Shown: piece after piece, positions 21,356-31,602 of the stretch
Position numbering within the stretch: position 1 is the first letter of the stretch
Layout: each line of letters starts with the position of its first letter
Assembly: GCA_047601445.1 (NCBI GenBank)
Contig: JASGJH010000001.1
Coordinates: 800,001 to 864,000 of the forward strand
Length of the DNA stretch: 64,000 bases
Direction of reading: 5' to 3'
Origin: Myxococcales bacterium
GTDB lineage: Bacteria; Myxococcota_A; Polyangia; Polyangiales; DASUME01
The notes under the pieces: model-generated
Databases searched by the model: none
What the model saw: only the letters and a program-made list of their open reading frames with translations
What the model was told of the DNA's origin: nothing
Position numbers and translations under genes: made by a program

Positions 21356-22525
21356 TCAGCGACGATCCGGCGACATCACGGCGCGACTTCCAGGTTCCAC
21401 TCCTCCACTTCGCGCAGGTCGAGTTCGCCGATGCCGCCGTGGAGGGTCAGGTACCGCTGGCACGCCTCGACGGCCGCGTCGACGTTCGCGAGCTCCATCA
21501 ACAGGAAGCCGCCGATGAGCTCCTTCGATTCCGCGAACGGACCGTCGACCATCCGCAGCTCTTGGTCCGTGAAGAACAGGCGCTTCGCGTTGCGGCTCGG
21601 CGCGAGCCGGCACGAACTCTCGAGCACGCTCGCCTTGGTCATCTCGGTCTTGAGCGACGAGGTCGATGCACTCACCAAAGGAGCCGCAAAGTCGGGTTAC
21701 GTTCGCGCGATTGTGTTTTCTAGACCACTCTTCGAACGGCTCATGCCGAGGATCGATGATGTGAATCGGCGCGTTGCTGTCAACGAGCGGGCCCCAAACG
21801 TGATCATCGTGTTCAACGACTCTGGCGCCTACGACGAAGATCGCGGAGGAGGCTTGCACAGCCTGAGACCAATGCACTTGGAAGAGCTTGAGAGCTCCTG
21901 GAGCGACAAGTGTCTTCTTCGAAGGCTCATACATTGCAAAGACCGGCGTCAAATCTTGTCCGGACCGGCAGAACGCGAGGGCATCCCTCCTCGGAACAAA
22001 TTGAACTGGGCCGTCGTAAAGATCCTCGCAGGCTCGGTAGCTTCCACCGGTTATCGAGATCTGTGCCGCAGGCAGAAGATTCACCGATCCATGCAGCTTG
22101 AGAACTAGTGGTTCGGGAGGGATCCAGTCCTCTACCGTGTAGCAAAATTCAGGGTAGAGGCCGATCAGCGCGTCCTCAATCAACATGTCGTAGTTCAACG
22201 TGGCCACAACAAAGGGCTTCTGGCTCTTCTTCAACACAGAAAATAGAGCCCTATAGGAGTTTTGGGGCCCTGCCCGGAAAGTTGCCAGGTAGTAAGCCAT
22301 CTCATTGGTCAGGCGAGCCAGCGGAGCGAGATCACCCACTCGCTTGATGTACTCGGCCATGCCTTCTTCGAAGCTTCGTTCGAATAGCGGCGAAAAGGAG
22401 GGCTCGATTGCCGACCAGGCGCCTCCAAGCTTTTGAAGCTCCGCGAATAATGCTACGCCGATCGGTGGGCAATTTGCGACATCGCTGTACGCACTCGCCC
22501 CTGCTCCAAAGAGGAAGACGCTAAC
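21356..22525 (-). CDS. SIR2-family (SIR2_2-like) NAD-binding protein, putative anti-phage NADase
   Basis: Frame extends upstream of the listed ORF to VFLFGAGAS (~22493-22519); TLNYD, LKLHGS, IFVVG; no canonical start seen before the in-frame TAG at 22574-22576; C-terminus reads through the YciI fragment. Confidence 0.8.
   Translation of the reverse strand, partial: VSVFLFGAGASAYSDVANCPPIGVALFAELQKLGGAWSAIEPSFSPLFERSFEEGMAEYIKRVGDLAPLARLTNEMAYYLATFRAGPQNSYRALFSVLKKSQKPFVVATLNYDMLIEDALIGLYPEFCYTVEDWIPPEPLVLKLHGSVNLLPAAQISITGGSYRACEDLYDGPVQFVPRRDALAFCRSGQDLTPVFAMYEPSKKTLVAPGALKLFQVHWSQAVQASSAIFVVGARVVEHDDHVWGPLVDSNAPIHIIDPRHEPFEEWSRKHNRANVTRLCGSFGECIDLVAQDRDDQGERAREFVPARAEPQREAPVLHGPRAADGRRSVRGIEGAHRRLPVDGARERRRGRRGVPAVPDPPRRHRRTRPARSGGVEPGSRAVMSPDRR
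21376..21660 (-). pseudogene. 3' fragment of a YciI/DGPF-family gene
   Basis: VDGPFAESKELIGGF motif; upstream sequence belongs to the SIR2 gene, so the 5' part is missing. Confidence 0.7.
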
Positions 22526-22960
22526 CCCTTCAGGAAAGCGATTGGGCGACTCAAGATTTTCGAGGGGTTCACGCTAAATCGAATCTCAAAGAAAGGCACG
22601 AGCTCGCGCAACCTGCTCCATCGCGCCCCCAACGAGGCCTGGCGCGCGCCCCGAGCACTCGCGGTCTCATGGTGAGGGCCAGCACTCATCGTTCGGGCGA
22701 CGTTGCGGGGGAGCGACGAGGCCGCGGCGGAGGCGTGCCGAACGCACCGTCACGTATCAGGCGCTCCTACGTTCTGCTACGGCTCGGCCGGCGCTATGAA
22801 TTTCGTCGGGAAATGGCTCGGCCGCGACCGCTCGGGTCTGCCTCAGCGTTCTGCGCGCTGTTTCTGACAGTTCTCCAACGTGTGGTTCCTCCTTCATCCC
22901 ATCCCTTCGAGCGGGGTTACGCGCGTGGACAGCACAAAGCCCCGATGCTTTAGCTCGCTG

Positions 22961-23581
22961 ATGGCTCTAGATATCCCGCTCCGTTGCGCGTGCGGCGCGA
23001 TCCGCGGACAAGTCGACGGCGTGACCCCGAGCAACGCCCGACGCCTGTCGTGCATGTGTCGCGACTGCCAGGCCTTCGCGCATTACCTGGGCTGCGCCGA
23101 TAGCCTGCTGGATGCGTATGGAGGCACCGACATTTCTTACGCGACGCCGCGTCAGGTCAAGCTGCATACGGGCATCGAGCAACTGCGCTGTGTACGGCTC
23201 AGCGCCGAGGGGCTGCTACGTTGGTACGCTGGTTGTTGCCGGACCCCGATCGCCAATACGCTGCCCGCGCGCCGCATCGCCTTCGTCGCCTTGCCCCATC
23301 TGGCGCTCGACTGCGCTGCGCTGGGCCAACCTCGCGACAGCGTGCTCGGACCACTCACACGGCGCTTCGAGGCAGGCTCGGCGCGGAGCACGCCGCCTGC
23401 AGGCGCTCACCAGGGTACTCCCTTCGCGGCCAAAGCAAGCTTCCTCGCGGTCCTACTGCGGGACAGCCTGATAGGGCGCGCGCAGCCGACGCCCTTCCTG
23501 GACGAGCGGACGCGTCAGCCAGTGGTCGAGCCCATGGTCCTGGATGCGGCCACACGCGCTGCGCTCGGAGCGACTCACTGA
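22961..23581 (+). CDS. DUF6151/GFA-like Zn-binding protein
   Basis: LRCACG, CMCRDCQAFA, GLLRWYAGCCRTPIANT. Confidence 0.85.
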   Translation: MALDIPLRCACGAIRGQVDGVTPSNARRLSCMCRDCQAFAHYLGCADSLLDAYGGTDISYATPRQVKLHTGIEQLRCVRLSAEGLLRWYAGCCRTPIANTLPARRIAFVALPHLALDCAALGQPRDSVLGPLTRRFEAGSARSTPPAGAHQGTPFAAKASFLAVLLRDSLIGRAQPTPFLDERTRQPVVEPMVLDAATRAALGATH

Positions 23582-23742
23582 CAGGCAAAGCCAGACAACA
23601 GGCGCGCTCGTGGTACACGAGGTCCGCAACAAGCCGTTCTTCTTCACCCCAAGTTCAGAGGCCGGGGTGAGCGTCGATGAGCGTTCTTGACGGTAAAGAT
23701 GCAGACGTCCAGCCTGGGGCCCTCTCCCAGGAGATTCAAAAG

Positions 23743-26700
23743 ATGAGCGTTTCGCTTCTTCCGATGCGCGCTGGCGCACGCGTCTTGCTGTTGTCTATGG
23801 GCTGCTCGGTCGCCGTCGCTTGCGCGAGCGACGAGTCCGCCACTGAGCCTGTCGCGCCAAAGGCCGTCGAAGCACAACCCGTACTCGAGGCCAAAGCTGT
23901 AGGTCGCGGCTGGGGTGCCGACTCCGTTGACATGCTCGCGTTGCAGGAGCATGCGCACGCGGTCGCGGCCAAGCATCCGCGGTTCCATTTCCGTCAGGTT
24001 GGGGCCGGGTTCGAAGCGTCGACGCAGAATCGCCGGTCTTCGCGCACGCCTCTCGAAGCGAGCACTCAGCCTCGTCGACGGCGCAGGCTCGAGTGTGCTG
24101 CCGATCCGCACGCTGGGCCTACGCTGTGGGGAGACGTCCTATGCCGTCACGAACAGCGAGCTCGAAGCGAGCCCGGATGCGTCGCACGAGCAGGCCATCG
24201 AGCACCACACGAGCGCGCATACGTTCTCGGAATGGTGGCGCAACGGCCCGCTCGGTCTCGAACACGGGTTCACGCTCGCAGAGAATCCATGCACCGACAC
24301 TCAGGCCCTGTCGGTGGAGGTCGAGCTGGTCGGTGCACGGCTGGCCAATTCGGAGCGAGGCGTGGAGGTGCACGGCGTGGGGCCCGTGGCCCTCGAGTAC
24401 AAGGATCTATTCGCGCGCGATGCGCAAGGCAACCTGCTCGCTGCGTGGATGGAGCCTGAAGGAGCGACCGTACGTCTCCACGTGGACACCACCAACGCCA
24501 GCTGGCCGGTGGTCATCGATCCGCTGGTCACCACACTGAGCGGGCTCGTCTCGCGCGGTGCAGGCGGTCCGCTTCAGGGGCAACAGGGCGAGCGGCTCGG
24601 AGGCGTCATCGATCTCATCGATATCTATGCGGTGGCGGGCGCGCGGCTCGCCGACGTGGGCACCAAGATCGATCAGGGCGCCGTGTACATGATGACGAAG
24701 GCGACGAACCACGGTCAGCCCCCGGAGTGGAAGGTCATCGCCAAGGTGACTGCTCCCGACGGCGCCGCGGGGGACCAGTTCGGGCGCGCGGTATCGATCA
24801 GCCAGGGAAATGGCGGCACTTGGTTCATCGTCGGAGCGCCCAACGCCGTGGTGAACGGTGTCAAATGCGGCGCGGCCTACGTGTACAAGTTCGACAGTCT
24901 CAACAACGTCGGTGTATTGCATTCGAAGCTAGTCCCGAGCAACCCCGCCGCGTCGGATGGCTTCGGAAGCTCCGTGTCGATTAGCGTGGGTGGCGTGGCA
25001 GGGGCGCTCGATGTCATCGCCGTCGGCGCGCCGCTGCGCGACGGACCGAGCATGGTGGACCGTGGCTCGGTCTTCATGTTCGAGAACCCCGGCGGCACTT
25101 GGGTGCAGCAAGCCGAACTGGTCGCGAGCAACGCGGCCGCGAGCGACAACTTCGGCTTCAGTGTGTCGCAGCGAAACGGCAGCATCGTGGCGGGCGCTCC
25201 GTACCAGGACCTGGGGGCTCTGGTTGACGTCGGCTCGGTCATCACCTTCACGCGCCAGTCTGCGGGCATCTACCACCAGGTGGCCATCACGAATGCCTCG
25301 GACATGGCTGCGAGTGACTACTTCGGCGGCACGCTCGACCTCACCGACGGCTATCTGGCCGTGACCGCCAGTGGCAACGGAGGTTATCGCGGCGCGGTGT
25401 ACGTCTTCTCTGGCGGTGGAGGGAACTGGATCCAACAGCAGAAGCTGGTGCTCGCCGACGGCGCAGCGGGCTACTACTTCGGCAACAGCGTCGCGTTCGC
25501 ACACGCCCCGACCGTGACCAAGCTCGTGATCGGCGAGCCGATGCGACCCGTGGTCCAGGGAGGGATCTCGTTTTCGGGCCAAGGGACGGGTCACATCTTC
25601 ACGCGCAGCGGCGAGACGTGGACGCGCACGAACGTGCTGACGGAGCCCATCACGGCGCCCATGCAGACGACCAACCAGCTCGGCATCGGCGTGGCGGCCG
25701 ACGCGAACTCCGTGCTGTTGGGAGCGGCCGGCTACGGCTTCCCGCTCAGCTCACAGGGCGCCGTGCTCGCCTATGACTTCGGCAACGGGTTCACCACGGG
25801 AGCCTGGCAGATGGCGAGCGCCGCCTCCAAGGGCGACGCACTGGGGACCAAAATTGCGGTCTCCGGCAGCACCGTCCTCGCTCAGCTCAGCAAGGGCGTT
25901 GTGGCATTCGTGCGCTCCGGAGCGAACTGGGTGCAACAGCAAGAGCTCACCTACACGATCAACACGAGCGGCCTCGCGCTCTCCGGGGACACGGCGCTCA
26001 TTGGGCCGACTGCTTATCTCCGAACCGGCAGCACCTGGGCGCAGCAGGGCACGCTGTCGGTCAACGGCTTCGGGGTTCCGAGCAACGTGAGTTGTACGGC
26101 GGTTTCCTTGGACACGGCCGCGCTCGGGCCGGTCAGCATTGGAGGCGTGAACTACGTCGTCGTCTTCAAGCGTACGAACGGCGTCTGGGCGGAGCAGCAG
26201 CGCCTGGCCAACCCGAGTCCCGAGACCAACGATGGCTTCGGCTACACGTGCGCGCTGGACGTCGACTCGCTGCTCGTCTCGGCGCCGTCGCACTCGGCCA
26301 ACTCCAAGCCCACCCAGGGCGTCGTCTATCCCTATCAACGTAGCGGCACCACCTGGACGCGCCTGACCACGCTGGTGGGAGGCACGACGACGGTCTCCAA
26401 GCCCCGCTTCGGCGAGAGCGTGGCGGTGCGTGGTACGACAGCGATCGTCGGAATGCCGGCCGAGGTCACCGGCGGCGAGACGGCGGACACGGGAAGGGTC
26501 CACGTGTTCGTTCGCAACGCCAGTACTTGGATGCAGCAGACCGTCATCACCGACAGTGCATTCAAGGGCAATGCAGCCGGACGCGGTGTGGCGCTCGGCA
26601 GCGAAGTGCTCGCCTTCAGCGAGAAGTGGGGACCGACGCCGGACTCGCGGGTCAAGGTGTGGGAGCGCGTGAACGGGGCCTGGGTTGAACGCTCCACGTT

Positions 26701-26869
26701 CAACACTGCCTCACTGCAGAGTGTGGGCTTGAATAGCCCGTCCAACGGCGCGTCGCTGGCGGCGCCGATGGGGATCGATGGCAACATGCTCGTGGTCGGG
26801 GTCACGGGAGACACGCCCAAAATCGGGCAAGGTGTGCTGGCTTACTTCGACTTCTCCCAGTCGCCGTGA
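23743..26869 (+). CDS. Large secreted FG-GAP repeat (beta-propeller) lipoprotein; apparent +1 frameshift at ~24028
   Basis: Signal and lipobox (AVAC) in ORF 23677, body in ORF 23915 (EWWRNGPLGLEHGFTL, WPVVIDP, repeated DxFGxSV/GAP/GAVYVF); reading GATC for GAATC (24027-24031) joins them as TQIAGLRARL. Confidence 0.85.
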
Positions 26870-26873
26870 GGGG

Positions 26874-26913
26874 CTTCGGGGGCCCGCAGCGGCAGCGAGT
26901 GAGGCCCCCGAAG
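26874..26913. terminator. GC-rich hairpin after the FG-GAP gene
   Basis: CTTCGGGGGCC...GGCCCCCGAAG 11-bp stem; no U-tract. Confidence 0.4.
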
Positions 26914-26960
26914 ATCCGCTGGTGAGCGACGCCGCGGGCGCGTCGTGTTAGTTGTGCGGG

Positions 26961-27788
26961 ATGGTCGCCCCTCGTCCTGTCATGTCCGTTGCGCTTTGTC
27001 TGTGCCTCGCCGGCTGCTCTGGCGAGCCAGGTCATACGGGCGACGCTTCGCTGCAGATGGGCGGCGATGGTGCGGCCAGCGAAGCGGGCGAGAATGCGCA
27101 GCGCGACGCAGGCGACCAGCGTGTCAACGACGCGGGCGGCTCGATCGACGCAGCGACCGCGCCAGACGCAGGGGGCGCAGGTGACACGCATTTCCTGACA
27201 GGCGACGGACAATACGCATGCCGAAGGGACGGCGACGGGACGACGACGGCGGTTTTCATCAATCGCTGTTCGTCGGCACTCCACGTGCGGGGCAGCGATA
27301 TCGCGGGCGCGACCGTGGCACCCCAGTCCTATGCGTGTCGCGATCTCGGCACCGCAAAGGAGACGCTCTCGGCGAAGCGCTACTGGGGCTTTCTGGCGGA
27401 CGACCCAGGGGCGGAGCACTACACCCTTGCCGAGTTCACGTTCAACACGGACTTCCACGACTTCGACTGGTACAACATCAGCCACGTTGACGCGCACAAC
27501 CTCACCATGCAGATCGTCCCGCTCGACCGGTCGAACTGCAAGACGCTGACCTGCTCGGACCCCAAGCTGCTGACCGATTGCCCCGCCGTCGGACGCGACA
27601 CCAACGCGCAGGGAGAGCTCATCAGCTGCGTCAGTCCAGATCGGGACAATGGCAACAGCGTGGTCGCGCTGCATTTCGAGAGCTGCGACGACGCCTACGC
27701 CTGGTCTGGTGATGACCAGAACGGCAAGGACCCGAGCCCCGTGCGCGCGTGTGCCGGCGAGGATTGGGCCATCGTGTTCTGTCCGTGA
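26961..27788 (+). CDS. Thaumatin-like domain lipoprotein
   Basis: Lipobox LAGC; INRC, YTLAEFTF, DWYNISHVDAHNLTMQIVP, CPA, CVSP, CDDAYAWSGDD, terminal IVFCP. Confidence 0.85.
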   Translation: MVAPRPVMSVALCLCLAGCSGEPGHTGDASLQMGGDGAASEAGENAQRDAGDQRVNDAGGSIDAATAPDAGGAGDTHFLTGDGQYACRRDGDGTTTAVFINRCSSALHVRGSDIAGATVAPQSYACRDLGTAKETLSAKRYWGFLADDPGAEHYTLAEFTFNTDFHDFDWYNISHVDAHNLTMQIVPLDRSNCKTLTCSDPKLLTDCPAVGRDTNAQGELISCVSPDRDNGNSVVALHFESCDDAYAWSGDDQNGKDPSPVRACAGEDWAIVFCP

Positions 27789-27875
27789 GGTCGCTGTCCC
27801 CCGCGCCGGGCCGAGGAAATTTCGAGAGAACGAGGGGAGCTTCGGGAGCCATTGCGGACACCCGCATCCGGTGTC

Positions 27876-28371
27876 ATGGCTGGCCCCGTGGACGATCAAA
27901 GCTATCCGGTCACGGTTTTGGTAAGGCGCCCCGATGGCACCTCCGAGTCAGTTCGAGTAGGCACTGCGGTGCGCACGGGGGACGGCTTTCGGCTGAGCCT
28001 GGGCGAACTCTCGAATCGGAGGCCTGCCGGACGTGCCAGCGGCGTCGCGGGCACCCCGTCGGTCGCAGGCCCCCGCAGGGGGCGAGGGACTCACGTTTCC
28101 GCCGTACGGGCGCAGCAAGGGGGCGCCCATCGCGGGGGCGTCCGTTCAGGACCTCGAGTTCTATATCAACGGTAGTCGACGCTCACTGGACGATCCGTCG
28201 AAGGCGCGTTGGCACGAGAAGGAGCGGGTCTTGCTCGCGGCCATGGAAGCCGAACTGGAGCGTCAGCGGGGCGGTGGCGGCGGTGGAAGGGGCAGGGGCC
28301 CAGCAGCACAGGGGTCTGACCCATTCGATGATACGCCGCCCTACACGGACGACGACGACATCCCGTTCTGA
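27876..28371 (+). CDS. Hypothetical protein ending in an SSB-like acidic tail (DDDDIPF); apparent +1 frameshift at ~28014
   Basis: Two partial ORFs join as GELSIGGLPDV when GAATC (28013-28017) is read GATC; FPPYGRSKG..DLEFY; Gly-rich linker and DDDDIPF-stop. Confidence 0.75.
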
Positions 28372-28449
28372 GCGGGCCCCGAGATCCAGGCGAAGCGATG
28401 AAGCGGCGGCTCGCGTGAGTCGCCGTCGGGCGCTCGTCGAGGCGATGCC

Positions 28450-28863
28450 TCAGTCGCGCTCGGCCGACCCGTCGCTGCGCATGAACTCGAGCGCCATGGC
28501 ATTGACCGACGCGTGCTCGAGCAACAATTGGCTCAGGCCGCGCTGAAGGGCGATTTTGTGCTCCATCCAGGGCAGAAATTCCTGCCGGTCGAAGCCGGCC
28601 GGGTCGTGGGGCACCGGCGCGAGGTCCCGTAGCGAGCGCATCAGCTCGGCCGTCTCTCCGGAGACCTGCGCCAGCGCGCGGCAGGCGTCCGCAACCTTGC
28701 GCAGCGCGTCATGTTCGACTCGCGCCTCCGGGCTGGCTTGGCCCACCCACTTGGCATGGGCCTCCAGATTCAGGGAAACATGGGCAAACAGGGCGGATAT
28801 GCGCTCCGGAACCTCGGCGCTCGCCGCCAGCTCTTCGCCACAGGTGAGGTCTTCATCACTCAT
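28450..28863 (-). CDS. Hypothetical helical protein
   Basis: 137-aa ORF with typical codon usage; TCGEELA, PVPHD. Confidence 0.7.
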   Translation of the reverse strand: MSDEDLTCGEELAASAEVPERISALFAHVSLNLEAHAKWVGQASPEARVEHDALRKVADACRALAQVSGETAELMRSLRDLAPVPHDPAGFDRQEFLPWMEHKIALQRGLSQLLLEHASVNAMALEFMRSDGSAERD

Positions 28864-28941
28864 GACTCGGAGTGGACAGCAACGGAGCGAAAAGGTCCAG
28901 TGAGCTCGGCGTGCGCGCGTGCGGAGGATCGCAGCGGAGGT

Positions 28942-30180
28942 TCAAAACACGTAGCGATCCGACGCCTGGAGTGGCGTGAACTCACTGTCCGCGAGAACGC
29001 AGCGCGCCAGGAGACTGGCTGCGATGACGGCGGACGCATTGAGGGCGGACGGCGGCCCGCTGACTTCGACGAAGTCCGCGCCTAGCAGGCGCAGATGGCG
29101 CGCGGCGTAGTCGACCAGCTCGGTCGCGAGGGACACGCTCAGGCCCGCGAAGAGAGGAGTGCCGGTCTCCCGCGCGACCGCGCCGTCGATGCAGTCGATG
29201 TCGAAGCTGAGATAGTAGGGAAGGTCCTTGGGCAGCGCTTCGAGCACCTGCTGGGCGCGTCCACTCAGGGCTTCGCGCGCGGTGACGACGGTGCGTTTGG
29301 GGCACGGCACGCGTCGCGAGAAGGGAGACATGCGTTCGATGCCGCGCAGTCCGATCTGCACGATGGACTGGACGCACGGGCTCTCGATGGCCGCCTCGAA
29401 GACGTTGGCATGGGACAGGGTGCGGCTCGGGCCCATGTCGGCGTGGGCATCGAAGTGCAACAGGCCAAAGGGCTCCCCGCGGGCGATGAGTGCCTGAAGA
29501 ACGTAGTGGGTGATCGAGTGGTCTCCACCGAGCACCAACGGTCGCATGTCGCGGGCTAGCACGTCGCTCACGGCCTTCTGCAGGCGCGCTCCCACGTGGT
29601 CGAGGCGACCTCCGTCGGGCTCGACGTCGCCGAGGTCCGCGAGCGCGGGTGCGGAGGCCGGGTACAGGCGCCCGAACTCGTAGTCCACGATGTCCCCGTG
29701 TCCGCCTAGCAGCGAACCATTGACGACCTTGCGGATCTCGGCGGGGCCCTGGCGTGCGCCTCCTGCACCGCCCGCGGCGAAATCGATGGGCACCCCCAGC
29801 GTGACCCAGGCTCCGGGTTGCGCGGCCTCGGGTAGGTCGGACCAGGACCATGGCGCACCGACGGGATTCGGCGTGGGTTTCAAGAAGCCGTGTTCGAGGA
29901 ACGGCAGCTCGTTGGGCTGCACGAGGATGCCGGAGCGCGCCATCAGCACCAGCAGATCACGCGGCACGTGGCGGTGTGCACGCGCGAAGGTCGCAGGTGT
30001 GATGGGGGTGGCGAATCCCGCGAGTACCTCCTCCACCAGCTCGCGGGACTCCGCGTCGATGTCCAGCGAGGTCCCGTGACCCGGGTTGTAGAGCGTAAGG
30101 ACGTCCTCTTGTTCGTGCTCGATGCGGACCAGGTTGGGCCACACCACGTGCTGCGCTTCGCTCGGCAATCCGTCGTCCAT
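28942..30180 (-). CDS. Arginase/agmatinase (ureohydrolase) family protein with ~100-aa N-terminal extra domain
   Basis: GARQGPAEIR, GGDHS, HFDAHAD, SHAN, QIGLRG, SFDIDC. Confidence 0.88.
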   Translation of the reverse strand: MDDGLPSEAQHVVWPNLVRIEHEQEDVLTLYNPGHGTSLDIDAESRELVEEVLAGFATPITPATFARAHRHVPRDLLVLMARSGILVQPNELPFLEHGFLKPTPNPVGAPWSWSDLPEAAQPGAWVTLGVPIDFAAGGAGGARQGPAEIRKVVNGSLLGGHGDIVDYEFGRLYPASAPALADLGDVEPDGGRLDHVGARLQKAVSDVLARDMRPLVLGGDHSITHYVLQALIARGEPFGLLHFDAHADMGPSRTLSHANVFEAAIESPCVQSIVQIGLRGIERMSPFSRRVPCPKRTVVTAREALSGRAQQVLEALPKDLPYYLSFDIDCIDGAVARETGTPLFAGLSVSLATELVDYAARHLRLLGADFVEVSGPPSALNASAVIAASLLARCVLADSEFTPLQASDRYVF

Positions 30181-30198
30181 CGCGGTTCCCTCGATACC

Positions 30199-31602
30199 TT
30201 ACTTGACCAGCGTGACCACGAAGCGCTTGCCCTTGATGCGCCCCGAGCCGAGGCTCTTGAGTGCCGCGCGGCTCGCGCTCGTGGCGACCGCCACGTACGA
30301 GAAGTTGTCGTGGATCTCGATCTTGCCGACGTCGCTGCCGGCCAAGCCCCCCGCTTCGCCCGTGAGCGCGCCGAGGATGTCGCCGGGCCGCACCTTCTGC
30401 TTGCGGCCGCCGCCGATCTTGAGCGTGGTCATCTTGGCTTCGCGCGCCAGCCCCTGGCCCGAGGCATTCGCCTCGAGTCGAGCACCCGGCTTGAAGGGGA
30501 CCCGGGACAGCGGGCGGCCGGTGAGCTCTTCGATGGCGGCCAGCTTCGCCGACTCACGGGGGCTGGCAAAGGACACGGCGCTGCCCTGCTTCCCAGCGCG
30601 CCCCGTCCGACCGATGCGATGCACGTAGTTTTCGGGCTTGGGCGGCAAGTCGTAGTTCACGACCAACTCGAGACTCTCGACGTCGATGCCGCGGGCGGCC
30701 ACATCCGTGGCGATGAGCACACGCACGCTCGCATTGCGGAACTTGGCGAGCACCGCATCCCGGTCGCGCTGCTCGAGGTCGCCATGCAGGCAGGCCACGC
30801 TGACACCCGCGGACGAGAGGGCTTGCTCGATGGCGGCCACGCTGGCCTTCATGTTCGCGAAGATCAGGGCCGATTCGTGTGGGTGATCGGCGAGGGTGGC
30901 GCGCAACGCCGCCGGCTTGTCGGCTTGCTCCACCGTGATCACTTGCTCGACGATGTTCAGGCGCTCTGCGGGCGCCGCTTCGATGGTGATGCGCTCCGGC
31001 TTGCGCTGGTATCGGCGGCTGAGGGCCTCGATGTTGTCGGGGAAAGTCGCGGAGAAGAGCACGGTTTGGCGTGCCCTGGGGAGCTCGTCGAGGATGAACT
31101 GCATCTCGTCGGCAAAGCCCATGTCGAGCATGCGATCCGCCTCGTCGAGCACCACGCTCCGCAGCCTCGAAAGCTCGAGGTTGCCGCGCTGCAGATGGTC
31201 GCCCACGCGGCCGGGGGTGCCCACCACGATGTGTACGCCGCGCTCGAGGGCCGCCGCCTGACCCCGCAGCGGTTCGCCACCAGCCACCACGAGAACGTGC
31301 AGGCCCTTGAGGCCACCGCCGAGTTTGCGCAGCTCGCGTGCGACCTGGGCGCTCAGCTCGCGCGTGGGGCACAGCACCAGGGCCTGCATTGCGCGTGTGT
31401 CGAGGTCCACCCGCTGGAGGAGGGGCACGCCGAACGCGACCGTCTTGCCACTCCCGGTTTGCGACTGGCCGATGAGGTCCTGCCCCGCGAGCAGCGCGGG
31501 GATGGCCTTGGCCTGAATGGGGGTCATGCGCTCGTAGCCGAGGCTGGCCGCGGCCTCCAGGATGGCGGGGGCGAGCGGCAGCGAGCGGAAGGTGTCTTCC
31601 AT
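30199..31602 (-). CDS. dbpA: ATP-dependent RNA helicase DbpA
   Basis: Q motif, QTGSGKT, PTREL, DEAD, SAT, HRIGRTGR; C-terminal GGGRKQKVRPGDILGALT RNA-binding domain. Confidence 0.93.
   Translation of the reverse strand: MEDTFRSLPLAPAILEAAASLGYERMTPIQAKAIPALLAGQDLIGQSQTGSGKTVAFGVPLLQRVDLDTRAMQALVLCPTRELSAQVARELRKLGGGLKGLHVLVVAGGEPLRGQAAALERGVHIVVGTPGRVGDHLQRGNLELSRLRSVVLDEADRMLDMGFADEMQFILDELPRARQTVLFSATFPDNIEALSRRYQRKPERITIEAAPAERLNIVEQVITVEQADKPAALRATLADHPHESALIFANMKASVAAIEQALSSAGVSVACLHGDLEQRDRDAVLAKFRNASVRVLIATDVAARGIDVESLELVVNYDLPPKPENYVHRIGRTGRAGKQGSAVSFASPRESAKLAAIEELTGRPLSRVPFKPGARLEANASGQGLAREAKMTTLKIGGGRKQKVRPGDILGALTGEAGGLAGSDVGKIEIHDNFSYVAVATSASRAALKSLGSGRIKGKRFVVTLVK

Noticed and set aside
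28450..28863. Possible RiPP precursor for the adjacent arginase
   Set aside because: Looks like a globular helical protein with no leader/core or double-Gly pattern.
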